Source: an uncultured Rhodospirillaceae bacterium (GTDB lineage: Bacteria; Pseudomonadota; Alphaproteobacteria; UBA6615). Taken from it: a DNA stretch of 64,000 bases. Of this stretch, positions 31,717-41,418 are shown in pieces (the stretch's first letter is position 1; the number at the start of each line of letters is the position of its first letter). The notes beneath the pieces are model-generated. The model was not told the DNA's origin. It saw nothing but the letters and a program-made list of their open reading frames with translations, and searched no databases. Location: the NCBI GenBank assembly GCA_964530225.1, contig CAZHBA010000057.1, positions 553 to 64,552 on the forward strand. Direction: 5' to 3'. The translations under genes were made by a program, and so were the position numbers.

Positions 31717-32763
31717 TCAGCGCACCCGGACGTGAGGCAAGCCGGTTTTTAATTCACCGATCATCGTGGCAAAGCTGTAACCCTGTTCATGGAACAGCGC
31801 GACCACCGCATCCGCCCGGTCAGCCGGACACGACACAAGTAGACCGCCCGAGGTTTGCGGATCCATCAGCATATTCTTGTGCCACTGCTCTATGTCATCA
31901 GGCACAGCGACATGATCGGCAAAACTTGCCCAGTTGCGGTCAGCAGCTCCCGTGTTGTAACCACTCTGGGCATATTTGAGGGCATGCGGGAGGATAGGTA
32001 ACTTGTCCCAATCCAGCATGGCGGCGAGACCCGAACCCTCGCAGATTTCGAACAGATGGCCAACGAGCCCAAAGCCGGTGACGTCGGTGACGGCGTTGAC
32101 CCCGTCAACATCCGCTAGGTCGACGCCAATAGAATTGAGCTTTGTGGTGCTCATGAGCATCTCTTTGTAGGCTTCGGGATCGAGCTCATTCTTGCTCATG
32201 GCAGCGCCGAGGATACCGATGCCCAACCCCTTGCCCAATATCAACACGTCGCCATCCTTGCCGTCGGAATTACGTTTGATCTTGCCGGGGTGCACGAGGC
32301 CAACTACCGCCAGTCCGTAGATGGGTTCGGGCGCATCGATGGTATGGCCGCCACTGACGGGCACGCCCGCATCGGCACAAGCGCTAACGCCACCGGCCAG
32401 TACCTGCTGGATTTGTTCCTGCGGCATCTTATCCACGGGGAAACCGGCAATGGCTAACGCCATGATTGGCTTACCGCCGTTGGCATAGACATCGGATAGG
32501 GCGTTGGTGGCCGCGATACGGCCATAATCGTGCGGATCATCCACGATGGGCGTGAAGAAATCGGTGGTCGCAACCACGGCCTGTTCTTCACTGATCTTGT
32601 AAACGGCCGCATCATCACCCGTCTCAAATCCAACTAACAGCGCCGGATTTACGACCTGGGGCGGCAGTTTCGAAAGTATGTCTTTAAGCACCGACGGTGC
32701 TACTTTGCAGCCTCACCCACCTCCGTGGGACAGCTCGGTCAGTCTCTTGACCTCCGCGTCCAT
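31717..32763 (-). CDS. selD: Selenide, water dikinase (selenophosphate synthetase), a selenocysteine-containing form with an in-frame TGA at 32713-32715.
   Basis: The track ORF starts at VLKDIL. Extending upstream gives [32 protein letters not shown]..., which aligns with E. coli [22 protein letters not shown], putting TGA at the Cys17 position. An 11-nt spacer then a hairpin uagcacc-guc-ggugcua with GU in the loop follows the TGA (SECIS-like). The rest of the protein aligns with SelD along its length. Confidence 0.85.
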
Positions 32764-32943
32764 GGCCGGACTCCTTTACACTGGATCAAACATCGTTGCG
32801 TTAATCTACGAGGATACAGAATGAATCGGCGACAATAATCGCATCAACGCCGATGGTCACAGCGTCATCCACATCGCGACGGCAAGCGGCGTCTTGTAGG
32901 CCTGCGCCGCCGCCCAACTTTCCAGATGCTATCTCACTCGGCT

Positions 32944-34149
32944 TCATGTCGAACCGTGGATCGTCTTGGCAGCCCGTAGCAACAGCGACTTGTTGGCACC
33001 GTCGGAGTGCCAGAAAGCAGCGGCGTCGCGCACCAACTTCTCGATACCGGCCTCGCGCATGTAGCCGTAGCCGCCGTGCAGTTCGAGCGCCTTGGTAACG
33101 ATGTGCCAGGCTGTCTGGGCTGCAAAAACCTTGGGCAGCGCCGTGTAAGTCGGATCCCACGTCAGTTCACCGTCCGCGGCTCGCGCCGCTTGGTAAACAT
33201 AGGCCCGTGCCGCGTCGAGCATCATGCGCATTTCCGCGATATCGACGGCGACCACGCTGTGCTCGATGATAGGCTTGCCGCCCTGCACCCGGTCGCGGGT
33301 CCATTCAATCGCCCGCTCGTAGGCGGTGGCAGCAACGCCGAGCACCAGCGCAGCCGCATGTACGCTGCTGCCGAGGGAAAATAAGGCGCGCGCCTGGTGT
33401 CCGCGGTCGACTTCACCCAAAATATTTTCATCGGGTACAAAACAGTCGGTGAAATTGAGCTCGGCGTTGGTGGTTAGCCGCTCACCCATTTTGTCGTGCA
33501 CGCGCCCGATGGTGAAGCCTGGCGAGTCGCGTTCAATGAGAAAGCAGGTGCTGCCGAGCATCACACCTTCGTTGGGATTGGTTTGGGCGAACAGGAAATA
33601 CAGGCTAGCGACTGGGCCGTTGGAGATGAAATGCTTGCCGCCACTGATCCGCCAACCACCATCGACTCGCTCGGCCTTGGTCTGATACCGCGTATCCGGG
33701 CTGTCGAACGGGATGATGTAGTCTGACGCGCGCACCGGTTCGCTCGAACCGATCGCCATGAGAAAGTGTGGATCGTCGGCAATCTTGGCAAAAAAGCGTT
33801 GTTGCTGCTCTTGCGTGCCTGCTTTCTGGAGAAACCGGATGAGCTTGTAATTTTGCATCAAGGTGGTGGCAACGCCCTGGTCCGCATTGGCCAGCGTCTC
33901 AACAGCCATGGTTGTGGTCAAATTGTCGGCACCAATGCCTCCATATTCTTCTGCCAACGGCATGGTGCGGAGCCCGATCGCGTCGGCGGCCTCGATGATT
34001 TCCCAGGAAAAGCAAGCCATAGGATCGGCTAAACCATCGAGTTCAGCCGTTACCGGTACGATATGTTCTTCCGTAAATCGACGCACCGTTTCGAGAATAG
34101 CGTCACGTTCGGGGTCGGCGGAAACTGGTTCAGAAAGCCGGACAGACAT
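32944..34149 (-). CDS. Acyl-CoA dehydrogenase family protein.
   Basis: ACAD N-terminal, middle and C-terminal domains; 401 aa. Confidence 0.85.
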   Translation of the reverse strand: MSVRLSEPVSADPERDAILETVRRFTEEHIVPVTAELDGLADPMACFSWEIIEAADAIGLRTMPLAEEYGGIGADNLTTTMAVETLANADQGVATTLMQNYKLIRFLQKAGTQEQQQRFFAKIADDPHFLMAIGSSEPVRASDYIIPFDSPDTRYQTKAERVDGGWRISGGKHFISNGPVASLYFLFAQTNPNEGVMLGSTCFLIERDSPGFTIGRVHDKMGERLTTNAELNFTDCFVPDENILGEVDRGHQARALFSLGSSVHAAALVLGVAATAYERAIEWTRDRVQGGKPIIEHSVVAVDIAEMRMMLDAARAYVYQAARAADGELTWDPTYTALPKVFAAQTAWHIVTKALELHGGYGYMREAGIEKLVRDAAAFWHSDGANKSLLLRAAKTIHGST

Positions 34150-34182
34150 GACATCAACTCCTCAGTGGCGATAGCAGCACTC

Positions 34183-34974
34183 TTAGCGCCCGACGAACTT
34201 CGGTTTTCTCTTCTCGACGAAGGATAGGAAGCCTTCCTTGGTGTCCGCCGTATTCTGAATGTCGGTCAAGACTTCCCAGGTCCAGGGGATACCCTTGGTT
34301 GGGCCGCGGTCGATGGCACCCATGATCGCGCGCTTGGTGCCCTGAACCGCTAGCGGCGCTGCGTCTTCGGCGATATGCGTGGCAATCTCCCACGCCTTAT
34401 CCAGCAATTTTTCTTGCGGTAAAACCTCCGATACCAGTCCCCACTGGTAGGCCTGCTGCGCGTTAATCCGAAAGTGCTTTCCCTCCAGCGACATGCGCAT
34501 GACGATGCCGAGCGGCATTTTGTAAGCCAGCCCCGCCGACTCGACGCCGTTGATCAGCCCGATATTGACGTGGGTATCGAAGAACTGGGCGTTTTCCGAG
34601 GCAATCACGATGTCGCTGTCGGCAACCAGGTGCCAGCCGCCACCGACGCAATAGCCGTTGACCGCACAGATGAACGGCTTTTCGATCGACTGCATCATAT
34701 CGGTCCAGGGCTTGAAGATGGTGTAGCCACCGGTCTCGCCGGTCTCGGCTGTCTTCTTTGCCGCTTCGGTGACGTACATGCCGCTGCAGAATGCCTTGTC
34801 GCCCGCGGCGGCGATAATCATCGCCCAAAGTTTGGGGTCGTTCTTATACTCGGTGAACACCTCCAGCATCTCGTTGCCAGTGTCGACGCTTATGGCGTTC
34901 ATTCTCTCCGGACGATTAAGGGTGAGACAGATAATTCGGCCCCTCTTCTCCACAACGATATCATCATAAGCCAT
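34183..34974 (-). CDS. Enoyl-CoA hydratase/isomerase (crotonase) family protein.
   Basis: Crotonase fold with N-terminus MAYDDIVVEKRGRIICLTLNRPERMNA. Confidence 0.85.
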   Translation of the reverse strand: MAYDDIVVEKRGRIICLTLNRPERMNAISVDTGNEMLEVFTEYKNDPKLWAMIIAAAGDKAFCSGMYVTEAAKKTAETGETGGYTIFKPWTDMMQSIEKPFICAVNGYCVGGGWHLVADSDIVIASENAQFFDTHVNIGLINGVESAGLAYKMPLGIVMRMSLEGKHFRINAQQAYQWGLVSEVLPQEKLLDKAWEIATHIAEDAAPLAVQGTKRAIMGAIDRGPTKGIPWTWEVLTDIQNTADTKEGFLSFVEKRKPKFVGR

Positions 34975-35038
34975 TTTTCTTTCCTCTTTGGTGTCAGGCC
35001 TAAATACGGGTGCGGATAGTACTCGCAGAGACGCTACG

Positions 35039-36181
35039 TTACTGCCGCATCAACGCGCGGCCAATGATCAACCGCTGGATTTCCGATGTGCCTTCGTAGA
35101 TGCGGGTAATTCTGGCATCACGATAGAACCGGCCAACGGGATTGCCGCTAATATAGCCGGCACCCCCCTGGAGTTGCATCGCGTTGTCGGCGACCACCGC
35201 CAGACACTCCGAGGCATAGAGCTTGGCCATCGAGACCGTTTCCGGCGTGGCCCCGCCGTTATCGCAATCGATGGCGGCCTTGTAGGTGAGCCAGCGAGCA
35301 GCCTCGGTGCACGTCGCCATGTCGGCCAGCATGAACCGTATGGCTTGGAAATCTCCGATCGGCTTGCCAAACTGCTTGCGGTCCCGCGCCCAATCAGTCG
35401 ATATTTCGAGTAGCCGCTCGCAGGCGCCAACGCAGCGGGCGGCGACCAGCGGGCGCGCATTGTTGAGAATTTGCATGGCCGCGATCCAGCCATCGCCTTC
35501 CGCGCCGAGCAGGTTTTCCTCCGGAACCTCGCAGTCCTCAAACACCAGCTCGGCGATGGGATGACCCTTCGCCCCCATGGTCTCGTAGATCTCGCCAATC
35601 CGGAATCCGGGGAAATCCGGCTCTACCAAGAAGACGCCGAACTGTTTGTCGGCCTCGCCGGAGTTGGTGCGCGCGATCACCGTGATAAGACCCGCCTTCG
35701 AGCCGCCACTAATGTAGCATTTCACACCGTTCAGGTAGTACCGGTTACCCTTCTTACGTGCGTTTGTCCTCATCCCCCCAACATCGGAACCGGCTTCGTG
35801 CTCGGTGATGGCACAGGCCGCCGTGAGCTCCCCGGTCGCCATCCGCGGCAGGTAGCGCTCCTTCTGGCTCTCCGTCCCCAGTTCGACGATACCCTCTGAG
35901 CCAATCCCGGTATGGGACGCGATCGCGCCGGCAAAACCGAAACCGCTGCGTCCGATCATCTGATGAACGAGCGTGCGAGAAAGCCGGCTAAGACCGCTGC
36001 CGCCATAGGCTTCCGGAATGCTCATCCCGAAAAGACCGAGGGCTCCCGCCTCTGATAGGATTTCCGGCGGAATGGCATTGGTTTCCTCAATCTCATTTAT
36101 CCGTGGCTCGACGCGCTCGTCGATGAACGATCGTACCGATTCCATAAGGTCTTTCTGTTCTGTAGAGATTTGAAAATCCAT
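35039..36181 (-). CDS. Acyl-CoA dehydrogenase family protein.
   Basis: 380-aa ACAD fold. Confidence 0.85.
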   Translation of the reverse strand: MDFQISTEQKDLMESVRSFIDERVEPRINEIEETNAIPPEILSEAGALGLFGMSIPEAYGGSGLSRLSRTLVHQMIGRSGFGFAGAIASHTGIGSEGIVELGTESQKERYLPRMATGELTAACAITEHEAGSDVGGMRTNARKKGNRYYLNGVKCYISGGSKAGLITVIARTNSGEADKQFGVFLVEPDFPGFRIGEIYETMGAKGHPIAELVFEDCEVPEENLLGAEGDGWIAAMQILNNARPLVAARCVGACERLLEISTDWARDRKQFGKPIGDFQAIRFMLADMATCTEAARWLTYKAAIDCDNGGATPETVSMAKLYASECLAVVADNAMQLQGGAGYISGNPVGRFYRDARITRIYEGTSEIQRLIIGRALMRQ

Positions 36182-36184
36182 GGG

Positions 36185-37366
36185 TCACACGCCTTCAGCG
36201 ATTGAACAGCCGAGCTCCTGCATTATTTCTTCCCTGTGCTCGTCCAATCCGGGCACACTCAACAGACCCTTGGTACCCGATCCTTGGATCTTGATCGGCA
36301 CCCCCCATGTCGGCACCTCGCGGCCGCCGGCAAGCCGTGCCGTCTGGATCATGTCGCGCGCCACGACCTGTTCATCGCTGATGACGTCGCCCATCGGGCG
36401 CACGTGACTTAACGGAACGCCTGCGTCGAGGCAGAGGCTTTGCCATTCCTTGGCGTCGCGTGTTGCAAGATAGTCCTGCAGCAGCGGCCGCAAATCGTCG
36501 CGATTTGCGACGCGGTCCGGATTGGACGCAAACCTGGGGTCGTCGGCCAGATGGTCCGCCCCCAGAACGTCGCAAAACCGCTGCCACTGGAATTCGTTGC
36601 AGACCTGAACTAGGCAATCTTCCCCGTCGCGGCAAACGAAGGCGCCCATCGGGTACATACCCATAGTTTCGCTGCCCTGTCGTGCCGGTACGGGCAGGTC
36701 CGCCAGCGCGCCCTGGAGATAGGCGTGCATGAACCCGAGTGCGGACTCCATTAGGGAGACTTCGAGCAGAACGCCTTGCCCGGTTTTCGCGGCAGTATAA
36801 ACACCCGATACGATGGCGCTGAAGGCAAGATAGGCTGTCGCGATATCGATCGACGAGCCGCCGCTACGTACCGGCCCGCCGTCACGCTCTCCCGTAACGC
36901 CCATAATTCCGGTGTAGGCCTGCATCATGGAATCGTAGGCGGGCGCAGCGGCGCGCGGGCCTTTGCGGCCATATCCGGTCACGGAAACCCAGACGAGTTT
37001 GGGATGTGTGGTTTTGAGATCGTTCCAGTCGAGCCCCATTTTCGTCAGCGACCCGGGGCGATAGTTTTCGACGACGACGTCGGCCGTCGACAGCAGCTTT
37101 AAAAAGATGTCCTTGTCGCCCGGCGATTTCAAATCGAGCGATATGCTTCGTTTGCCGCGATTGCAGCTGACGAAGTAGACGCTTTCGCCATCGATGAAGG
37201 GCGGCCAGCAGCGCATTTCGTCGCCACCCGGTTGCTCGATCTTGATGACATCCGCACCCATCTCAGCAGCCAGCATCGTCGACACCGGTCCGGCGATATT
37301 CCGGGTGAGGTCGACGATCCTGATGCCGTCGAGAAGGGGAGGAATTGGTTGCGGCGATGCCGTCAT
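36185..37366 (-). CDS. CoA-transferase family III (CaiB/BaiF-like).
   Basis: N-terminus LDGIRIVDLTRNIAGPVSTMLAAEMGADVIKIE is diagnostic of the family. Confidence 0.85.
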   Translation of the reverse strand: MTASPQPIPPLLDGIRIVDLTRNIAGPVSTMLAAEMGADVIKIEQPGGDEMRCWPPFIDGESVYFVSCNRGKRSISLDLKSPGDKDIFLKLLSTADVVVENYRPGSLTKMGLDWNDLKTTHPKLVWVSVTGYGRKGPRAAAPAYDSMMQAYTGIMGVTGERDGGPVRSGGSSIDIATAYLAFSAIVSGVYTAAKTGQGVLLEVSLMESALGFMHAYLQGALADLPVPARQGSETMGMYPMGAFVCRDGEDCLVQVCNEFQWQRFCDVLGADHLADDPRFASNPDRVANRDDLRPLLQDYLATRDAKEWQSLCLDAGVPLSHVRPMGDVISDEQVVARDMIQTARLAGGREVPTWGVPIKIQGSGTKGLLSVPGLDEHREEIMQELGCSIAEGV

Positions 37367-37679
37367 TGACCCAGTTCTCCGCCGTTGGTGAAGGAGAGCA
37401 TTACGGAGTGGAGCATTTTGGATCCAAATTCATCACAGTACTCGCGTTTTGACAGCCGCTATTTTTATTGCCCCAATCTACCGAACAACACACACGGCCA
37501 TTGGGGTGCTAGCAATAACTATTTAAGCCTTCCGGGTACCGGGTGCCACTGACATAGCTCAAGCGAGCGTCGCTCGTTCAGCGCGCTAAGTCTTTGGATA
37601 ATAGTAGGAGCGGCAAGGACCGTACAATTGCGCAAAATAAAGAGACCAATCCCGCCAGGCACAGGTATACAGGGGGAAA

Positions 37680-37754
37680 TGGTGGGCGCGGTAGGGTTTG
37701 AACCTACGACCCCCTCGATGTCACCGAAGTGCTCTTCCGCTGAGCTACGCGCCC
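37680..37754 (-). tRNA. tRNA-Val (anticodon GAC), with the CCA encoded.
   Basis: The reverse complement GGGCGCGTAGCTCAGCGGAAGAGCACTTCGGTGACATCGAGGGGGTCGTAGGTTCAAACCCTACCGCGCCCACCA folds as a cloverleaf with a 7-bp acceptor stem, a TTCAAAC T-loop and an anticodon loop GTGACAT. Confidence 0.85.
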
Positions 37755-37805
37755 CACCGTCGCGGGCTAGTTGCCGGTAATGAGCACCGCAACGCCCGTC
37801 GCGCA

Positions 37806-38047
37806 TCTTACAACGCCCTTGGTTTGAGAGCAAGTCTGCGCCATAGCGCAGCGAGGCTAGCGGATGCCAGGAACCGACAGAGAGGATGTGGTCGACATTG
37901 TCGACCAGTTCGCGCAGATGAAACGGATTCGACAGAATCTTGGTCGCGCCCATTTTCTCGCGCGCGTTCATGGCCACTGCTCTCCAGCGCCCGCGCCAGA
38001 AACTCCCGCACTGATGTATCGTTCTCAGCTAGCAGAATGCGCGTCAT
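37806..38047 (-). pseudogene. Response-regulator receiver-domain remnant with an internal deletion and frameshift.
   Basis: The N-terminus MTRILLAENDTSVREFLARALESSGH (receiver beta1-alpha1) joins directly, in another frame, to AMNAREKMGATKILSNPFHLRELVDNVDHIL (receiver alpha4-beta5 'GADDYLTKPF' region). The ~60 aa carrying the phospho-acceptor Asp are missing. The reading frame then runs into tRNA-Val. Confidence 0.5.
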
Positions 38048-38285
38048 GGCGTAGCAATCCCCTTAACATTTTCTTAACCATGGCGGCCGCTCGTGTCCTC
38101 ACTACAATATAATATTCATACGCTAATCGGCAGTCCTTGCGAAATTACGAAGCCAGAAACAAAGTTGCCAATAATCATACATAAATACCTTTAATCCCAG
38201 GACCAGCGCATAGTAAAGATTGTACTGCCTTTCGGCGTACGGCCGGGGATGACACAGCACGCAGTTTTGGTTAATCAGTAGGGTT

Positions 38286-39170
38286 ATGGATCAGGAAACC
38301 CGCATCGATGCAGATCAAGCGATCGAGATTCTGGCACCGGCGAGACAAACGGCGCCGGTGGTTTTTTCGTCTCCCCATAGCGGACGTCAATATTCGGAAG
38401 ATTTCCTGGCCACGACATGCCTCGACGAGCAGGCGATCCGGCGATCGGAAGACAGTTTCGTCGACGAAATTTTTGCCCGGGCACCCCTTTATGGCGCCCA
38501 ACTGCTGAAAGCCCTGTTTCCGCGTGCTTTCGTCGACCCCAATCGCGAGCCCTACGAGCTCGATCCAACGATGTTCGAGGAGCCGCTACCCGGCTTCATC
38601 AACAAGCGCTCACCACGGGTCGCCGCGGGTCTAGGAACGATCGCGCGGGTCGTCGCGAGCGGCGCCGAAATTTACACCGGCAAATTGAACTTCACCGAAG
38701 CCCGCGAACGAATCGACCGCTATTACCGTCCTTATCACGAGGCGCTGGAAGACCTCGTTGGAACCACCCAGCGCATTTTTAATCACTGTATCCTGATCGA
38801 TTGCCATTCCATGCCATCGGTCGGCGGACCGATGGAAAACGATGCCGGCCGCCAGCGGCAGGTGGATTTCGTGCTTGGCGACGCCCACGGGCGCAGCTGT
38901 TCACGCGCGCTCACCGTAATGGTCGAGGAAACCTTGCGCGGCATGGGCTACACCGTGGTGCGCAATGCGCCCTATTCGGGCGGTTTCATCACCCGCAACT
39001 ACGGCCGCCCGGCCAAGGGTGTGCACGCCCTGCAAATCGAGATCAATCGCGGACTCTACATGCACGAGCCCAGCTATAGCCGCGCGCCCGAAATGGCGAG
39101 GATTGTCGAGGACATGTCCCGGTTAACCGAACGCTTCCTGGGCCTCGAGCCGCAGGCGCTCGCCGCATAA
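38286..39170 (+). CDS. N-formylglutamate amidohydrolase-family protein.
   Basis: The SSPHSGRQY motif and ~290 aa length fit the FGase family. Confidence 0.7.
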   Translation: MDQETRIDADQAIEILAPARQTAPVVFSSPHSGRQYSEDFLATTCLDEQAIRRSEDSFVDEIFARAPLYGAQLLKALFPRAFVDPNREPYELDPTMFEEPLPGFINKRSPRVAAGLGTIARVVASGAEIYTGKLNFTEARERIDRYYRPYHEALEDLVGTTQRIFNHCILIDCHSMPSVGGPMENDAGRQRQVDFVLGDAHGRSCSRALTVMVEETLRGMGYTVVRNAPYSGGFITRNYGRPAKGVHALQIEINRGLYMHEPSYSRAPEMARIVEDMSRLTERFLGLEPQALAA

Positions 39171-39193
39171 CCACCACCAACCAGCTGAACGCC

Positions 39194-39727
39194 TTGCCCG
39201 GCGACAACGTATCAATCCGCGATGCAACCGAAGGCGACCCAGCGTGGATTCAAGCGATCTACGCTCATTATGTGAACCACGGGCTGGCGTCGTTCGGAGA
39301 AATGCCACCCAATATCGCCAAAATTTCTCGTCGGCGCGATACGGCATGTGACCACGATCTGTCCTATCTGGTGGCCGAAAAGGACGGCACGGTGCAAGGT
39401 TTTGCCTATGCCAGTCTGTTCCGTGGCCGACCGGCGTATCGCTACACGATTGAGGATTCGGTCTATATTGCACCCGACGCGCTGGGCGCCAGTGTCGGAT
39501 CAGCCCCGTTGTCGACCCCGATCGAGCAATGTGCAGAGCGCGGTTTCCGGCAGATGATAGTGGTGATCGGCGATAGCGCCAACCAAGCCTCGATCGGTTT
39601 GCATGCCAAGCACGGTTTCGTCAAAGCAGGTTTGACGCCGTCTGTCGGCTTTAAGTTCAGCCACTGGGTCGACAGCTTCAGCACGCAACAGCCCCTGGGC
39701 CTGGGCGATACTACCCCGCCCGAGTAG
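39194..39727 (+). CDS. GNAT-family N-acetyltransferase.
   Basis: Acetyl-CoA-binding motif region (VVIGDSANQASIGLHAKHGF); 177 aa. Confidence 0.7.
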   Translation: MPGDNVSIRDATEGDPAWIQAIYAHYVNHGLASFGEMPPNIAKISRRRDTACDHDLSYLVAEKDGTVQGFAYASLFRGRPAYRYTIEDSVYIAPDALGASVGSAPLSTPIEQCAERGFRQMIVVIGDSANQASIGLHAKHGFVKAGLTPSVGFKFSHWVDSFSTQQPLGLGDTTPPE

Positions 39728-39803
39728 GGCTCGTTCCATTTGGCTGGAGTTAGCCGGCGTAATGCACATTAGGGCCAACAGGTCGCGGTAACGCCTAAAA
39801 AGC

Positions 39804-39832
39804 AAAAAAAGGCCGTGGTTGAAACCACGGCC
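39804..39832 (-). terminator. Intrinsic terminator for a minus-strand transcript.
   Basis: A-run followed by ggccgtggtt-gaaa-ccacggcc on the plus strand, which reads as hairpin plus U-tract on the minus strand. It lies ~600 nt downstream of the epimerase-like gene ending at 40428. Confidence 0.5.
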
Positions 39833-40427
39833 CAAGTAAAGGGGAGGAAACGCTAAATATGCGGTTCCAGCGCAAGGCGGATACCGCAACACAACAGATA
39901 CTTCGCACTTGCAGCATTTTCAAGGCCTCGTATAACTTTCTGAAAATAAGCATTAGTTGGTTATATCCGTGGCCATAAGCGAAATATTATTACGAAGTGA
40001 TATTGCGTTGCACAATATTCGATAGTCTGTTGGTTTAGATAGCCGAAACCGCGCCATCTAGCATAGGATTTGCTCCCTTTTACCCATGCGTAGAATCTCA
40101 CATTATGGGCTCTGACCGCGCTGACGCTGGCGATTTATCTATCGGTATCGGCCGCTAACGCGATAACACCTCTGCCTTTCGCAAAATTCCGCCGAATTTG
40201 CCAACGTGCAACGCGGGATGCCGAAGCCAGCAGCACCCTGCCCAAGGACCTGTTGACCGCAATTTCGCTGGCAAGAACCGTGTTGATCTGGCCTGTCGGG
40301 CCGGGATTATCGGACGCGGTTGCCACCAATAGTGGGCTCTTTCAATCTGAAAACGACCCAAGCTACAACATGCGCGAGGGGCCCTAAGCCACCAAATCGT
40401 CCGTGGGCGGTCAAATGGCAGGCGCTA

Positions 40428-41408
40428 TTAGCCCCATAAAGTGGCGGATGGCGGGGAAACAAGGCTTTCGCGCACTTCCAGAGGAAATTCCCGGTCTATA
40501 GACAGTAGCAAAGGGCCGTCCAAATCGACGATTTTGGCACCTTGAGCCACTAGGTGAGCCGGCGCCATCGCCAGACTGGTGCCCACCATACACCCCACCA
40601 TAATGTCGAGATTCGCCGCCCGCGCCGCCGCCGCAACTGCCAAAGCCTCGGTAAGTCCACCGGCCTTGTCGAGCTTGATATTGACCATGTCGTAGCGGTC
40701 GGCCAACGCGGCTACGCTAGTACTGTCGTGGCATGATTCGTCGGCACAAATCGGCACCGGATGGTCGAGGGTAACCAAGGCAGCATCGTCGCCAGCCGGA
40801 AAAGGTTGTTCGATCATCTCCACGCCGAGGCCCGCCAGTTCCACTGCCAACGCACCAAAGTCTTCCGGCGCCCAAGCCTCGTTAGCGTCAACGATGAGCC
40901 GGGCATCCGGCGCACCCTCGCGCACGGCGCACACCCGGTCGAGGTCACCGGCGCCGGTCAGTTTCAATTTAAGCAAAGGCCGCGTCGCGTTTTCACGGGC
41001 CACCACGGCCATTGCCTCCGGCGTGCCGACGCTCAGCGTGTAGGCAGTCTCGACCAGCCCGGGTTTCGTAAGTCTTGCCAAGGCCCACACCGGCTTACCG
41101 GTTTGCTTGGCTTGCAAATCCCAAAATGCGCAGTCGATGGCGTTACGTGCCGCGCCCGGCGGCATCACCGTTTGCAGGCTCTCGCGGTCGAGCCCTCCGG
41201 AAATGTCTGTCGCCATCACGGCAATCGCATCGGCAACTCCTTCCGGCGTTTCGCCGTAGCGGATATTGGGTCCGCATTCACCACGGCCTTTATGGTCGCC
41301 GTCATTAAGTTCGGCTACGACCACTACGGTCTCGGTCTTGCTGCCGCGCGAGATCGTGAAATGCTGGCGCAGCGGAAAGGTTTCGACCCGCGCTTCGAGG
41401 GTCACCAT
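40428..41408 (-). CDS. Enolase-superfamily dipeptide/N-acyl-amino-acid epimerase (mandelate racemase / muconate-lactonizing-enzyme family); DgcA-like.
   Basis: MR_MLE N- and C-terminal domains; the ...ISRGS... N-terminus is typical of L-Ala-D/L-Glu epimerases. It lies immediately downstream of a DUF1611 gene. Confidence 0.7.
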   Translation of the reverse strand: MVTLEARVETFPLRQHFTISRGSKTETVVVVAELNDGDHKGRGECGPNIRYGETPEGVADAIAVMATDISGGLDRESLQTVMPPGAARNAIDCAFWDLQAKQTGKPVWALARLTKPGLVETAYTLSVGTPEAMAVVARENATRPLLKLKLTGAGDLDRVCAVREGAPDARLIVDANEAWAPEDFGALAVELAGLGVEMIEQPFPAGDDAALVTLDHPVPICADESCHDSTSVAALADRYDMVNIKLDKAGGLTEALAVAAAARAANLDIMVGCMVGTSLAMAPAHLVAQGAKIVDLDGPLLLSIDREFPLEVRESLVSPPSATLWG

Positions 41409-41418
41409 GGCGGAGCCG

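Noticed and set aside
31717-32691. selD as an N-terminally truncated or pseudogenised gene, as the ORF track suggests.
   Set aside because: The upstream sequence is in frame through a single TGA that aligns exactly with the catalytic Cys/Sec codon. It is followed by a SECIS-like hairpin and begins with a proper ATG. Selenocysteine recoding explains this better.
37519-37977. 152-aa ORF overlapping tRNA-Val on the same strand.
   Set aside because: It reads straight through the tRNA gene. Only its distal part has receiver-domain similarity. It is interpreted as part of the decayed response-regulator remnant and not as a real CDS.
37367-38285. Prophage or integrative element inserted at tRNA-Val.
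   Set aside because: There is no integrase, no phage genes and no direct repeat of the tRNA 3' end within the window. Only a small gene remnant lies beside the tRNA.
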